This document shows positions 1 through 9,959 of a DNA stretch of 64,000 bases, piece by piece. The translations under genes were made by a program, and so were the position numbers. The notes under the pieces were generated by a model that ran no database searches, had not been told where the DNA came from, and saw nothing but the letters and a program-made list of their open reading frames with translations. The stretch comes from a candidate division FCPU426 bacterium. Its GTDB lineage: Bacteria; Oederibacteriota; Muellerivitia; Muellerivitales; Muellerivitaceae. The stretch is taken from positions 96,001 to 160,000 of the forward strand of contig CAVYSE010000011.1 in assembly GCA_963771075.1 (NCBI GenBank), given 5' to 3'. Within the stretch, counting starts at the first letter, position 1, and each line of letters begins with the position of its first letter.

Positions 1-1676
1 GGGAAGATGAGCCGGCCCTGGTTGGCCTTGTGCATCTGCTCCAAAAAGTCCCCCTCGCCGAAATATCCCCCGTCCACTTCGTTGCCCATCATGAAAGTGT
101 TGATGGTGATCTTGTCATCCGTTACCCGCCGAACTTCCCGCATGGTAGCCTCGTAGGTGCGGTCGTTGGGGGGATAGGTCAGGTAGAGGCAGGAACCCTC
201 ATAAAAGGCTGTGGGGGCGCCATCGGTGATCAACAGGATACTCTTGTTGCGGGTGTCCGAGTTGGCCAACTTCACCCGGGCCAGCTCCAGCCCCTTCTGT
301 AAGTTCGTGAAGTGCTCGGGGATCATGGCCTTCTGGCGCTCGGCACCTTCCCGGGCGAAATCCACCCTCAGGTTAACCGCCCCCCCGAACATGGTCACGG
401 GCTTGGGGGCCAGCTCGGGGATGGCGCCCACCGACACCGGCCGGGCAAAGGTGGAAAAGGCCACGAAGGATAGCTTGTCCTCGGGGTATTCGGTTCGGAT
501 CAGCGCGTCCAGGGCCAGGGCCAGCTTCTTGGCGTTGAAGAACCGCCCAAAACGGGACATCGACCCGCTCTGGTCGATCAGCATCACGATAGCGGTGGAG
601 GCCGCCCCCTTGGTCTCGTGCACCATGAAGTCCCGGCTGTCAATCTTGATCCTTCCGGCTTCCGGGGCTTGCGGCGAGCCAGCCTGGCGGATAGCGGAAT
701 TCAACAGGCTGGAAGGCAGGTCAAGCGAAGTCAGCGAATCCCCGAACTCGAAGGGCTTGGTGGTGGTCATTTCCACGTTGCCGTCGCCGGTGTAGGTGGC
801 GTGGTGGCGGCCCACCCCGTCGGTGAAAAGGCGGGAATAAACCTCCTTGAGGGCCTTTTCCCCGATCTTGCGGGCCGCGCCGGGGGTGATCTTGTAGATG
901 TCCTCTTCCTCGTTGTAATCCACCTCGCCCGTCGCCTTCATCGCCTCGGTGAACTGCTGTTTCAATTCTTCCCGCTTGGCCTCGAAGGCCTGAGCGGCCT
1001 CCTTGCCCAGTATCTGCTCCAGGCTCTCAGCCTCCAGGTTGAAGAGGTCGCCGTATTCCAGGGCGTCCTTCAGCTTGTCCTCCAGTTCCTGCAGTTGGAG
1101 AAGCTTTTCCCGGAACCGGTCGGCTTCCTGCGGGGTGGGGGTTTGGGGGCCGGTAAAGTCGAACTGGTCGTAAAGTTCCTTCAGGGCGCGCATGCGCTGG
1201 ATCTTGCGCACCAGATCATCCAGCTGGCGGCGGGCCTCCCAGGCTTCGCTTTCCCCGGAGCGGGAAACCTGCCAGTCCATGTTGAAAAGAGAGGAAGGGT
1301 CCCGGTTTTCCATGGCTTCTTTCAGGCGCTTGCGCAGGTCGGCGTCGTTCCACTTGGAGGACATCTGGTCGAGGGAGGTCTTGGCCCGGCGGATCTCCTC
1401 CTCCAGCCGCTTCAGGAGCTCGTCCAGGCGGTATTGGCCGAGAATGGCGGACTTTTGCTTCTGGATCTCGTCCATGAACCCCTGGATGAGCTGTTCCAGC
1501 CCGCTGACCTTGAGGAACTGGTTGTAGGGGATGCCGCGCTCCTGAAGGTGGCGTAGGGCCTCGTCGAAGGTGACGTGGTACTGCATCATGAGTTCCTTCA
1601 CCGCATCCACCAGGTCCTGCATGGTGAAGGGCGGCTCCTCGGGCTCACGCCATTCGGAATAATCGTGGGTAATCAT
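1..1676 (-). CDS. VWA domain-containing protein, partner of the AAA+ ATPase; 3' end runs off the window
   Basis: Manual translation from ATG at 1676 gives MITHDYSEWREPEEPPF..., with the MIDAS motif IVMLIDQSGSM near 560-590. It is missing from the ORF track because there is no stop in the window. Confidence 0.85.
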   Translation of the reverse strand, partial: MITHDYSEWREPEEPPFTMQDLVDAVKELMMQYHVTFDEALRHLQERGIPYNQFLKVSGLEQLIQGFMDEIQKQKSAILGQYRLDELLKRLEEEIRRAKTSLDQMSSKWNDADLRKRLKEAMENRDPSSLFNMDWQVSRSGESEAWEARRQLDDLVRKIQRMRALKELYDQFDFTGPQTPTPQEADRFREKLLQLQELEDKLKDALEYGDLFNLEAESLEQILGKEAAQAFEAKREELKQQFTEAMKATGEVDYNEEEDIYKITPGAARKIGEKALKEVYSRLFTDGVGRHHATYTGDGNVEMTTTKPFEFGDSLTSLDLPSSLLNSAIRQAGSPQAPEAGRIKIDSRDFMVHETKGAASTAIVMLIDQSGSMSRFGRFFNAKKLALALDALIRTEYPEDKLSFVAFSTFARPVSVGAIPELAPKPVTMFGGAVNLRVDFAREGAERQKAMIPEHFTNLQKGLELARVKLANSDTRNKSILLITDGAPTAFYEGSCLYLTYPPNDRTYEATMREVRRVTDDKITINTFMMGNEVDGGYFGEGDFLEQMHKANQGRLIF

Positions 1677-1702
1677 GATGATCAGCCTTTAGCTCTTGGC
1701 GG

Positions 1703-3135
1703 TTAGGGATTAGCCTTTTTTTTAGATGTTACCGTGGGTTGGTAATCGAAGAATTCCCCCACCCTGGAGCGGGAAAGTTTTCCCGACAGGTGCAGGCCCT
1801 CCAGAACGAATTCCACACAGGAGGCCCGGTAAACCTCCGAATGTTTGCCCGTCAGGTGATCGACCGGCTCCCAGATCTGGGGCAGCTGGGAAATAACCTC
1901 TTTGTATTGGCCTGCGGGAGTCAGGTCCGACACGCGGATATGCTTTTCCCCGCTCAGGTCGGGCACTGCCCGCCTCCAGGTGGGCCATTTCCATGTGTTC
2001 CTTGAACACCTGGGCCACCGCCTTGTCCATGAGCTTGGCGAAGACCTGGAACTCGGTGACCGTTTCCTCCCTAAAGGGGTCCAGCTCGATCTTTCCCGAG
2101 GTGGAGGTGTAGAGGTAGGCCAGGTCCGCCATGCGGGGCACGGCTTCCTTTTCCCCCAACACATAGGCCCGGCGCCTGGCGTTGGCCACCATGGTCTCGA
2201 AATTGGCGATGGAAAGGCGGGCCGAGACCCCCGACTTCTGGTTCACGTAGGGGCTCTTTCGGGCTTCCAGGGTGATCTGCTCGATGATCTCGGTCATGAA
2301 ATCGGGAACCACCAGCTTCACCTCATCGTCCTGGGGCAGGTGGGCCTCCTGTTCCATGATCTTGATGCCCATTTTGCGGGTGAGGGGATAGTGGGTCCTG
2401 ATCTCGGCGCCGATGCGGTCCTTCAACTGGGTGATGATCTTGCCGGCCCGGGTGTATTCCTCCGGGTTGGCGGTGAACATCAACAGCAGGTCCAGGTCGA
2501 AGCGGATGGGATAACCCCTCACCTGGATGTCCCGCTCCTCCAATATGTTGAACAGCGCCACCTGCACCAGGTATTCCAGGTCGGGCAGTTCGTTCACCGC
2601 GAAGATGCCCCGGTTCATGCGGGGAATGAGCCCGAAATGGATGGCTTCCTCGCTCGCTAATGGATTACCCGCGGCCACCTTGGCCGGGTCCAGGTCGCCG
2701 ATCAGGTCGGCGATCTTGGTGCCGGGGGACAAGCGCTCGCCGTAGCGGGCCTCCCGCCCGATCCACTCGATTTCCAGGGCATTCCCCTTTTCGGCTAGCT
2801 TCTTGCGGCAGGCCGCGCAGATGGGATGGTAGGGATGGTCATGGATCTCACAGCCCTTGACGATGGGGATTTCCTCATCCAAAAACTGCGTCAGGGATCG
2901 CATGAGCCGGCTCTTGGCCTGGCCCTTCTCGCCCAAAAACACCATGTCGTGGTGCGAAAGGATCGCGTTGATGACCTGGGGGATAACCGTCTCCTCGTAA
3001 CCGTGGATATCCGAAAAGAGGGGCTTGCCCGTCTTCAGGTGCTTTGAGCAGGTTGTGCTCCAGCTCCTCCTTGACGGGTTTATCCGGGTAACGGGATGCC
3101 TTGAGTTCTCCCAGCATGGCGGCGAGGACGGCCAT
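1703..3135 (-). CDS. Mg-chelatase/MoxR-like AAA+ ATPase with two apparent +1 frameshifts (~3042, ~1970)
   Basis: Three ORF pieces join into one protein: MAVLAAMLGELKAS.../GEKGQAKSR (Walker A-like), FAVNELPDL, and C-terminal ASCVEFVLEGLHL. The extra bases are an A in AAAG and a G in GCGGG. Confidence 0.85.
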
Positions 3136-3211
3136 AGAATTCCTTTCTAAATTAACGGTTGAGTAAAAAATATAACGGTGCGGGAAAGGGGGAAGCAAGG
3201 GGCAATCGGGT

Positions 3212-5080
3212 TTACTTCGCGGCGGCTTGGTAAATGTTCCAAATACCCGCAAGGGTGGGGTGATTATTCGAGGGGCAATCAGTGACGTGCCGCAAACGCA
3301 GGGCGGTAAGTGGGGTGAAGGGCCCTTTTTGGGAAAGCGGAGAAGCCAAGAGCCAAATAATCCCGGATTGGTAGGCGGAGGATTTTGGGTGAAGGCTCAA
3401 ATACTGCTGGTGAAACGCGCCGTTGAAAAAAGAGTATCCCAAGGGGAAGCGATTGAGGTTGAAGCCTACAATTTGGGAGTTTGCGGCCTGGATGCGGGTG
3501 AAGTGATCGGGGTAGTCATAAGGATGCAAATCCAGCCCCAACTCCGGGTGAAGGCGTTCGACTTGTTCCACGCCCCAGGTCTCGAAAAGGGTGAAATCGG
3601 GAATCATGGTGATGTCCAACCGGCGTTGTTCGACCAATTGAAGGTAATAAAGGGTGAAATAGTCCTCGTCCGCTTCGGCGAAAAAAACCGAATTCCTTGG
3701 AAGGGATTTCATCAAATTGACCGCATAATCGTACCGTAGAACCTGCTTGGAAAGGTTGAGCCAGGTGGAATTGCCAAGGTAAGGGGGCAGGCCCAGAATC
3801 AGCAAGGCGCCGATGGATCCCAGCCAGGCCCAGGGAAATCGGGGAAGGAAGTATCGTTCGAAACCGGCCCCTAGGGAGAATAACCCGACTCCCGCTAAAA
3901 GCGCGAAACCCCAATTGAGGGGCAACAGAAAGTTGTCCGTGTACCAGCCGGCCAACCGGCCTGGAGGAATCCAGGAAGCGGAACAAAGAGCCAAGATTAA
4001 GAGAAGCTGGGGAAAAAGCAGGGCCCCAAGGATATTCCTTTCCTTGGCGGCGACCCAACGGATAAAGCCCAATAGACTCAATAGAAGTGTGAGAAGCCCG
4101 ATTTCATTTTCGAAGTGATGGAGGATGGCGCGGCCTTGGATGTCCAGGATTCTTTGAAGTAATTGACTAAACTGCGTCCAGGGAATCGAATGGTTCAAGG
4201 CTTCCCAGAAGGTGGGGATCAAGCCAATGTCATGGCCGCTCGTGTATGCGCGAAAAAAATCCGCTTTGAAGAGAAGAAAGCGGTCAGCCGCACCAAGGTT
4301 CAAGGCCGGATACAGATTGGCTCTCAACGGCAGGTAAAGAATAGTTGAGACCCCTATCCCCATAAAAGCCGCACTCAATAATATATTCTTCAAGTCCGGG
4401 GGTTTTCTGAAAAAATCCGGTTTGGCCCCAAAGGCCAAGAGGATTGGGAAGAAGAGAATATGGGTTTCCCAATGTCCGCAAAACCCAAGCCCATATAGAA
4501 AACTGGCCAACAGAAACCATGGGTAAGTATTGGTATTTGTGTTCTTTTGGTTTGTTTGCGAGAGGCGCATCCAAAGGCATGCCAGCATGAGAAGCCCCAA
4601 GGTAGAAGTTCCTTGATAAAGAAAACCCTTGGACCCCAGGGATTTTTCCCAAAAAGTGCGGGAAAAGGCCGTCATTAGGGAGGCGCAAAGGGCGCAAACC
4701 CATGGGGGAAAAAGGGCGGGTTTTCCAACGGTGCCGGGGAAAAGACGCTTTAAAAATCCAAAGGTTAAAAGCGCCACCAGTACGGCGTTAAAGGCTCCCA
4801 GTCCTGCCGACGCTAGATTCATGCGAAACCCCACATTCCCAATGGGAAAAAGGGAGAAAAGGTGCAGACTAAGGGCTGATAGAACATAACCCGGTGGATG
4901 TTGAAGTCCTAAGCTGAAGGCGGCGGCAATGGTTTCGGGGGAATCATCGTCCATGAAGATCGGGTTCAAATGGGTCAAATAAACGACAAAGATAAACAAA
5001 TATAGAGCGGCGCCTGAGAGGAATAAAAAAAAAGGTTTTGGAAAAGATGAGCGATGGATTGAAGAGTTGGAAAAATCCAA
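3212..5080 (-). CDS. DUF2723 / TMEM260-like GT-C membrane glycosyltransferase
   Basis: Motif DDDSPETIAAAFSLGLQHPPGY and many TM segments. Probable TTG start at 5080 after GAAGGA. Confidence 0.8.
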   Translation of the reverse strand: MDFSNSSIHRSSFPKPFFLFLSGAALYLFIFVVYLTHLNPIFMDDDSPETIAAAFSLGLQHPPGYVLSALSLHLFSLFPIGNVGFRMNLASAGLGAFNAVLVALLTFGFLKRLFPGTVGKPALFPPWVCALCASLMTAFSRTFWEKSLGSKGFLYQGTSTLGLLMLACLWMRLSQTNQKNTNTNTYPWFLLASFLYGLGFCGHWETHILFFPILLAFGAKPDFFRKPPDLKNILLSAAFMGIGVSTILYLPLRANLYPALNLGAADRFLLFKADFFRAYTSGHDIGLIPTFWEALNHSIPWTQFSQLLQRILDIQGRAILHHFENEIGLLTLLLSLLGFIRWVAAKERNILGALLFPQLLLILALCSASWIPPGRLAGWYTDNFLLPLNWGFALLAGVGLFSLGAGFERYFLPRFPWAWLGSIGALLILGLPPYLGNSTWLNLSKQVLRYDYAVNLMKSLPRNSVFFAEADEDYFTLYYLQLVEQRRLDITMIPDFTLFETWGVEQVERLHPELGLDLHPYDYPDHFTRIQAANSQIVGFNLNRFPLGYSFFNGAFHQQYLSLHPKSSAYQSGIIWLLASPLSQKGPFTPLTALRLRHVTDCPSNNHPTLAGIWNIYQAAAK

Positions 5081-5171
5081 GAATTGTTCCTTCAGGACAT
5101 ATGCGTTGAAATGTGTTTTATTATACCTTTTCGCTGAAACGAAGGTTGGCTGGGGCTGATAAACTATCCCC

Positions 5172-7211
5172 ATGACAGACGCCGCATCCCTTCCCTCGTC
5201 CCGGCTCCGGGATCTTCCCTGGGTTTTCTATACCCTGCTTTCCCTGTTGGTGTTTTTCCCCTGCCTAATTCTTGGCAAGACCTATTTTCATGACGACCTT
5301 TTCACCTACACGGCCCCGGATTTTGAGTTTTTGGCTCATCAGTTAAGCCTGGGGCATTACCCCCTATGGAATCCTTATCTTTTCGGGGGGGTACCCTACG
5401 CCGCCAATCCCAATTCCCTGGCGGTTTATCCATTGGTATTCCCCTCGCTTCTTTTCCCGGCCGGGTATGGCACGTCCGTCTTCTTTTTTATGCATTGGAT
5501 CCTAGCCGCCTTGGGGATGCATTTTTTCCTTCTTCAGCGAAACCTTTCCCCGGCGGCTTGCCGGGCGGGGGCACTGACCTACGTTCTTTCGGGCTTTTTC
5601 TGGTGGGAAATGATCCATCTGCCCGTCTTGGCGACCTTGAGCTGGCTTCCCTGGTGGTTGGCCTTTTTGCACCGAATGGCCCGCAATGGAAAATCCGGGG
5701 ACGCATTCTTGGCCGGGCTGGTTTTTTCCCTGCTTTTCCTTTCATGCAATTACCAGATGAGCTGGATGGCACTGATGGGCGGGGTAGTCTATTTCACATT
5801 TAACTTCAGAATGGGAGGCGGGGAATGGAAAGGATGGCTGGGTAAGGCCGGTTTTTTTCTTTGGGGTTTAATCCCCGCAGTTCTTTGGCTGCTTCCATCT
5901 GGGGAATTTATTCTCCATTCCGGGCGTTTTCAGTCGGCTTTCGACTATTCGAAACTCGATACATCCCTTTCCCTGAACCCCCTCGATCTCTGGCAATTTC
6001 TTTTTCCGGTCAGCCCCTTGGGCGAAACAGCCCTCAAGATCACTGATTATGTGGACAATATGGGGTTTCTGGGCCTCTTAGCCCCCCTGTTCCTGTTTTT
6101 GGCGCTTCGAAGAAATACCCGAAGCTCGTGGCTTTGGGCCTTTGCGGCGTTGCTGGGAATAGGTATTGCCTTGGGACCGCTCCTGCCCCTGCACCGGTGG
6201 GTTTGTGAATTGATACCCGGATTTCGTTTTATGCGGGCTCCGGCCAGGGCAATGGTCTTTTATGGTTTTCCCGGTTGCGTCTTAACCGCGGTGGGATTCG
6301 ACCGATTTTTTGAAATAGCCAAGCCGGAAGCAAAGGTCCAAAAGATCATTTTCGGAATCCTGTTTCTTTCACTCTTCATTCCTGTTTGGATCTCGACCCC
6401 CTTAGGCGATTCCTCTATCTTGACAGCGCCCGGTCGGGCGCCCTTTCTTTCCGGGATTCATGAACCGGATGACTGGAGCCGGGTATTCATCGACGACAAT
6501 ATTCCCTATCCCGTCCATTGGAGCGGGAATCAATACTTATTCAAATATCCCATCAATCGGGCCATGACGGAGAGTTTGCGATCAGCGGATGGGTACGATT
6601 CCATTTGGCTTAAAAGCTATACTCAAGCCCTGACCTGGCCTGTTGCGACCTTTGAACGCCTGCTGGCGGTCCAGTGGACTGTTTCCGGCAGTGATAAAAA
6701 GGGCGTCCGTGTTGCGAAGTTCACGGAAACCCATCCCTTCGTTTGGGTGGCGGAGAGAGAAACGGTATTTACCGAACCCCAATCCCTCGAAGCTCGATTG
6801 GCCCAACCAGACTTTAACCCCTATTTGGAAACCCTGATGTTGAAGCCTCCCGCCGATAGCTATCGCGTCGATGGGAAGGAAAAGTTATCCCTGCAATGGA
6901 AAGGACAGGATATCAATACGGATGAGGAAAAATTCCAAGTTGCGCTTGCAAGACCAGCTTTGCTGGTCTTTTCAGAGATCTACTTCAAAGGATGGCAGGC
7001 CTATTTGGATGGTAGTCCGACAACCCTTTATGAGGCGGACGGATTGCTTCGCGCAGTGGCGGTTCCGGGGGGGACCCATGAAATCAGGTTCAGCTACAAG
7101 CCCGCTTGGTTCTTGCCCTGCGTGGTGGCGGCTTTCCTCTGGCTGTTTTCCCTGCCCTGGGCCTTCCGGGTTTTGGGCCGTGACATTAGGAAGAGCCCTC
7201 CGTTAAAATAA
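5172..7211 (+). CDS. YfhO-family membrane protein (GT-C glycosyltransferase-like)
   Basis: Motifs PLWNPYLFGGVP, IPGFRFMRAPAR and C-terminal SEIYFKGWQAYLDG...VPGGTHEIRFSY. Confidence 0.85.
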   Translation: MTDAASLPSSRLRDLPWVFYTLLSLLVFFPCLILGKTYFHDDLFTYTAPDFEFLAHQLSLGHYPLWNPYLFGGVPYAANPNSLAVYPLVFPSLLFPAGYGTSVFFFMHWILAALGMHFFLLQRNLSPAACRAGALTYVLSGFFWWEMIHLPVLATLSWLPWWLAFLHRMARNGKSGDAFLAGLVFSLLFLSCNYQMSWMALMGGVVYFTFNFRMGGGEWKGWLGKAGFFLWGLIPAVLWLLPSGEFILHSGRFQSAFDYSKLDTSLSLNPLDLWQFLFPVSPLGETALKITDYVDNMGFLGLLAPLFLFLALRRNTRSSWLWAFAALLGIGIALGPLLPLHRWVCELIPGFRFMRAPARAMVFYGFPGCVLTAVGFDRFFEIAKPEAKVQKIIFGILFLSLFIPVWISTPLGDSSILTAPGRAPFLSGIHEPDDWSRVFIDDNIPYPVHWSGNQYLFKYPINRAMTESLRSADGYDSIWLKSYTQALTWPVATFERLLAVQWTVSGSDKKGVRVAKFTETHPFVWVAERETVFTEPQSLEARLAQPDFNPYLETLMLKPPADSYRVDGKEKLSLQWKGQDINTDEEKFQVALARPALLVFSEIYFKGWQAYLDGSPTTLYEADGLLRAVAVPGGTHEIRFSYKPAWFLPCVVAAFLWLFSLPWAFRVLGRDIRKSPPLK

Positions 7212-7243
7212 ACCGCTTTTACTCCCCCCCTTTGATAAGGCCC

Positions 7244-8842
7244 ATGACCGAAAATACCGAGACCTCTTTTTTATCCGCCTCCCCAAAAGTGACCCTCGTC
7301 AACGCCTTCCACAAGCCCTTCGATAATGCGGTGGCCACGGCCCGGACCTGCTATTCGAGCAAGGGCATCATCACCACCGAGCAGGTCATGGGCGCGGGGC
7401 TGGAAGGTCCCGCCAAAGAAGACCGCCTCAAGAAACGCGACGATTTGGCCAAGTCTATCTACAAGGCCGGCCACCATACGACCCTTCAGCACGCCCATTT
7501 CCAGTTCGCCCTGGAAAACGTCTCCCGGCAGTTCATCTGGAGCTTCCTGCACAGCCATCCCTTTTACAACTCCGAACAGGTGTCCCAACGGTACGTCACC
7601 GTGGACCCCTCCCAGATGGCCGTGCCCCCCCTCAAGGGAGAGGCCGAAAAGCTTTACCGGGAGACGGTGTCCTTCCAGGCCAAGGCCTACCAGGACTTCA
7701 CGCAAAGGCTGAAGCCCCTGGTCGAGCGGGAATACTTCGTGCGATTCAAGAAGGTCGATCCCCACGGCAAAAAGGCCTCGGGGGCGGTGCAGAAGAAGTC
7801 CCAGGAAGTGGCCCGGTACGTATTGCCCGTGGCGGCGTTCGCCTATCTTTACCACACGGTCTCGGGGCTTACCCTTCTTCGTTATTGGCGGCTTTGCCAA
7901 ACCCTGGATACGCCCCTGGAACAAAGGTTGGTCATCGGGAAGATGGTTGAGGAAGTGCTGGCCATCGCGCCCGAATACAAGGCCGTTTTGGAACAACCCC
8001 TGGAACTCGAAAAGACCGCCGAATTTCGGATGGCGGGGGTTTTCCAAACCTCACCCCAAGCCCACAAGGCTTTCCGTGAGGAATTCGACTCCTCCCTGGG
8101 GGGATACACTTCCAAACTGGTGGATTACTCCAAGGAAGGCGAGAAGATGCTGGCTTCCTCCGTGCGGGAAGTTTTCGGCCTGCCCGCTTCCGCCCTTTCG
8201 GATGACGACGCCATCGCCTTGGCGCTCGACCCTAGCAAGAACAAGTACCTGGGAGAGACCCTGAACGTCACCACCCACAGCAAGCTTTCCCGGGTGCTTT
8301 TCCATCCCCATTACACATTCCGTAAGAAGATTTCCCATACTGGTGATTCCCAGGACCAGCGGCACCGCATGACCCCGGCCTCTCGCCCCACTCTCTACGC
8401 CCTAACCCTGGACGAGCCCGATTACCTGGTGCCGGTTCTGCTGGAACAGGACCCGGCCTTGAAGAAGGAATATGGGGAGATCATGAACCGGACCTGGGAA
8501 TCCATCGTCCTCTTGAGGAAGATGGGTGTGTCGGACGAGTTCGCGGCCTACCTCTTGCCCAACGCGGTGGCGGTGCGTTTCACCGAATCTTCCGACTTAT
8601 TGAACCTTCACCACAAGCACGCCATGAGGCTTTGCTATAACGCCCAGGAGGAAATCTGGAAGGCCTCGGTGGATGAGGCCAAGCAGGTGCGGGAAACCCA
8701 TCCCCGCATCGGTAAATGGCTCCTGCCCCCCTGCGGGCTTCGCAGCCGGGCGGGCACCATACCCGTCTGCCCCGAGGGCGAGCGTTTCTGTGGCGTGGTG
8801 GTTTGGAAGAAGGATTTGAATGAATACCAGAGGGTGATTTAG
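7244..8842 (+). CDS. thyX: FAD-dependent thymidylate synthase, tandem two-domain form
   Basis: GHHTTLQH...VSR...SEQVSQRY...QEVARYVLP in the N-half and QRHR...AAYLLPNA...RLCYNAQEEI in the C-half. Confidence 0.85.
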   Translation: MTENTETSFLSASPKVTLVNAFHKPFDNAVATARTCYSSKGIITTEQVMGAGLEGPAKEDRLKKRDDLAKSIYKAGHHTTLQHAHFQFALENVSRQFIWSFLHSHPFYNSEQVSQRYVTVDPSQMAVPPLKGEAEKLYRETVSFQAKAYQDFTQRLKPLVEREYFVRFKKVDPHGKKASGAVQKKSQEVARYVLPVAAFAYLYHTVSGLTLLRYWRLCQTLDTPLEQRLVIGKMVEEVLAIAPEYKAVLEQPLELEKTAEFRMAGVFQTSPQAHKAFREEFDSSLGGYTSKLVDYSKEGEKMLASSVREVFGLPASALSDDDAIALALDPSKNKYLGETLNVTTHSKLSRVLFHPHYTFRKKISHTGDSQDQRHRMTPASRPTLYALTLDEPDYLVPVLLEQDPALKKEYGEIMNRTWESIVLLRKMGVSDEFAAYLLPNAVAVRFTESSDLLNLHHKHAMRLCYNAQEEIWKASVDEAKQVRETHPRIGKWLLPPCGLRSRAGTIPVCPEGERFCGVVVWKKDLNEYQRVI

Positions 8843-8852
8843 AACACTATAG

Positions 8853-8870
8853 TGTCAACGACGGGGCCCT
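8853..8870 (+). repeat. Partial copy of the ~30-bp boundary palindrome
   Basis: TGTCAACGACGGGGCCCT compared with consensus TGTCCACGACGGGGACCCT. Confidence 0.6.
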
Positions 8871-8945
8871 GATTGAACCATTTTTTAAGTTAAAAAGCTA
8901 AAATAGCTTTATTAACAATTCACGACAAAGAGGCGTTTTCACAAA

Positions 8946-9833
8946 ATGGAAAAGAAATCGCTGACAACGTTATTAACATTTGTAATTTTTTTAATGACTG
9001 CTAATGCAATCTTGGCTCAAGACAATAAGCCAAACAGTGTCCCATCTCCTGAATTTTCTGCCATCGATCAATCTATTTATGTAATCACAAAAAATCGTTA
9101 TGCGGAGGGATTTGAACAACAAAGCGCCAAATTTACAGATTTGATCATGATTGAGATTATCCCTGCCAATGTTTCTTCGAAAAAACAAAACAGCTATGAA
9201 GTAGGGAAACTATACAAAATATTTTCAGGTGGAGAATTTCAAGGCTCCGTGAAAGTCGACAAAATCGTGGATCTTCAGTGCGATTCCAATGCAGCGGTTG
9301 TGAAACCGACGTCTTCTACAAAAATTCCAGCTGATGGTTTTGTTTTAGCGACCAATTCAAAAATCGTTAAATCGCACAGGAGCAATGTTTCTGCGCTTTC
9401 GCCAGGAGAGAGAACTCAGGTATTAAATTTGGTAATGGAAGAATTTAAAAAACGAATGGTTAACGTAAAAAATGTTTCGGACATCAAGATCAAGGACATA
9501 AGATCAACCCAACTGCTCCCAGACTCTGAGAAATCTGTTGTTGGTTCCTTCTTTTTGAAAAGTTCAACGTCTTTGGATAGGGTGTTTCTCATAGCCAGCC
9601 CTGTTGGAAACGAATTCAAAACTACTTTAGTTAAATATAACCATAGCACCGATCTCCAGGATGGAAAAGACGATGAACCTGAAATATTCGTAGATCAACT
9701 CGACATCAATGGGGATGGAAACGATGAAGTAATTACACAGGTTACTGGCTACGAAAATGAAGAATTTTGGGTATATAAAAGAAATAAAGATGGATGGATC
9801 AAAATTTGGATTGGCGGTGTTGGCGGTTGCTAA
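8946..9833 (+). CDS. AT-rich secreted hypothetical protein with a C-terminal FG-GAP/VCBS-like Dx(N/D)GDG motif
   Basis: N-terminal signal peptide and DQLDINGDGNDEVI. Visibly AT-richer than its neighbours. Confidence 0.8.
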   Translation: MEKKSLTTLLTFVIFLMTANAILAQDNKPNSVPSPEFSAIDQSIYVITKNRYAEGFEQQSAKFTDLIMIEIIPANVSSKKQNSYEVGKLYKIFSGGEFQGSVKVDKIVDLQCDSNAAVVKPTSSTKIPADGFVLATNSKIVKSHRSNVSALSPGERTQVLNLVMEEFKKRMVNVKNVSDIKIKDIRSTQLLPDSEKSVVGSFFLKSSTSLDRVFLIASPVGNEFKTTLVKYNHSTDLQDGKDDEPEIFVDQLDINGDGNDEVITQVTGYENEEFWVYKRNKDGWIKIWIGGVGGC

Positions 9834-9879
9834 AAATAAATTGGTAACAGGCGATGGAGAAGAAATCAATTTATTGCTT

Positions 9880-9906
9880 TGTCCAGGACGGGGACCCATC
9901 GAGGTC
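9880..9906 (+). repeat. Copy of the ~30-bp boundary palindrome
   Basis: TGTCCAGGACGGGGACCCATCGAGGTC. Confidence 0.7.
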
Positions 9907-9959
9907 GAAAATGTGTTTTTAAGGTTCTTGGTAATGGCTTTGTTTAGCGAGGAGGTGCC

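Noticed and set aside
30..2660. Long plus-strand ORFs (618-1556, 1902-2660) and similar antisense ORFs over icd, livK, aconitase and copA
   Set aside because: These are shadow frames of GC3-rich genes on the opposite strand and carry no recognisable motifs.
1960..3050. Programmed ribosomal frameshifting in the AAA+ ATPase
   Set aside because: There is no slippery heptamer or stimulatory structure, and the same indel type is scattered through unrelated genes.
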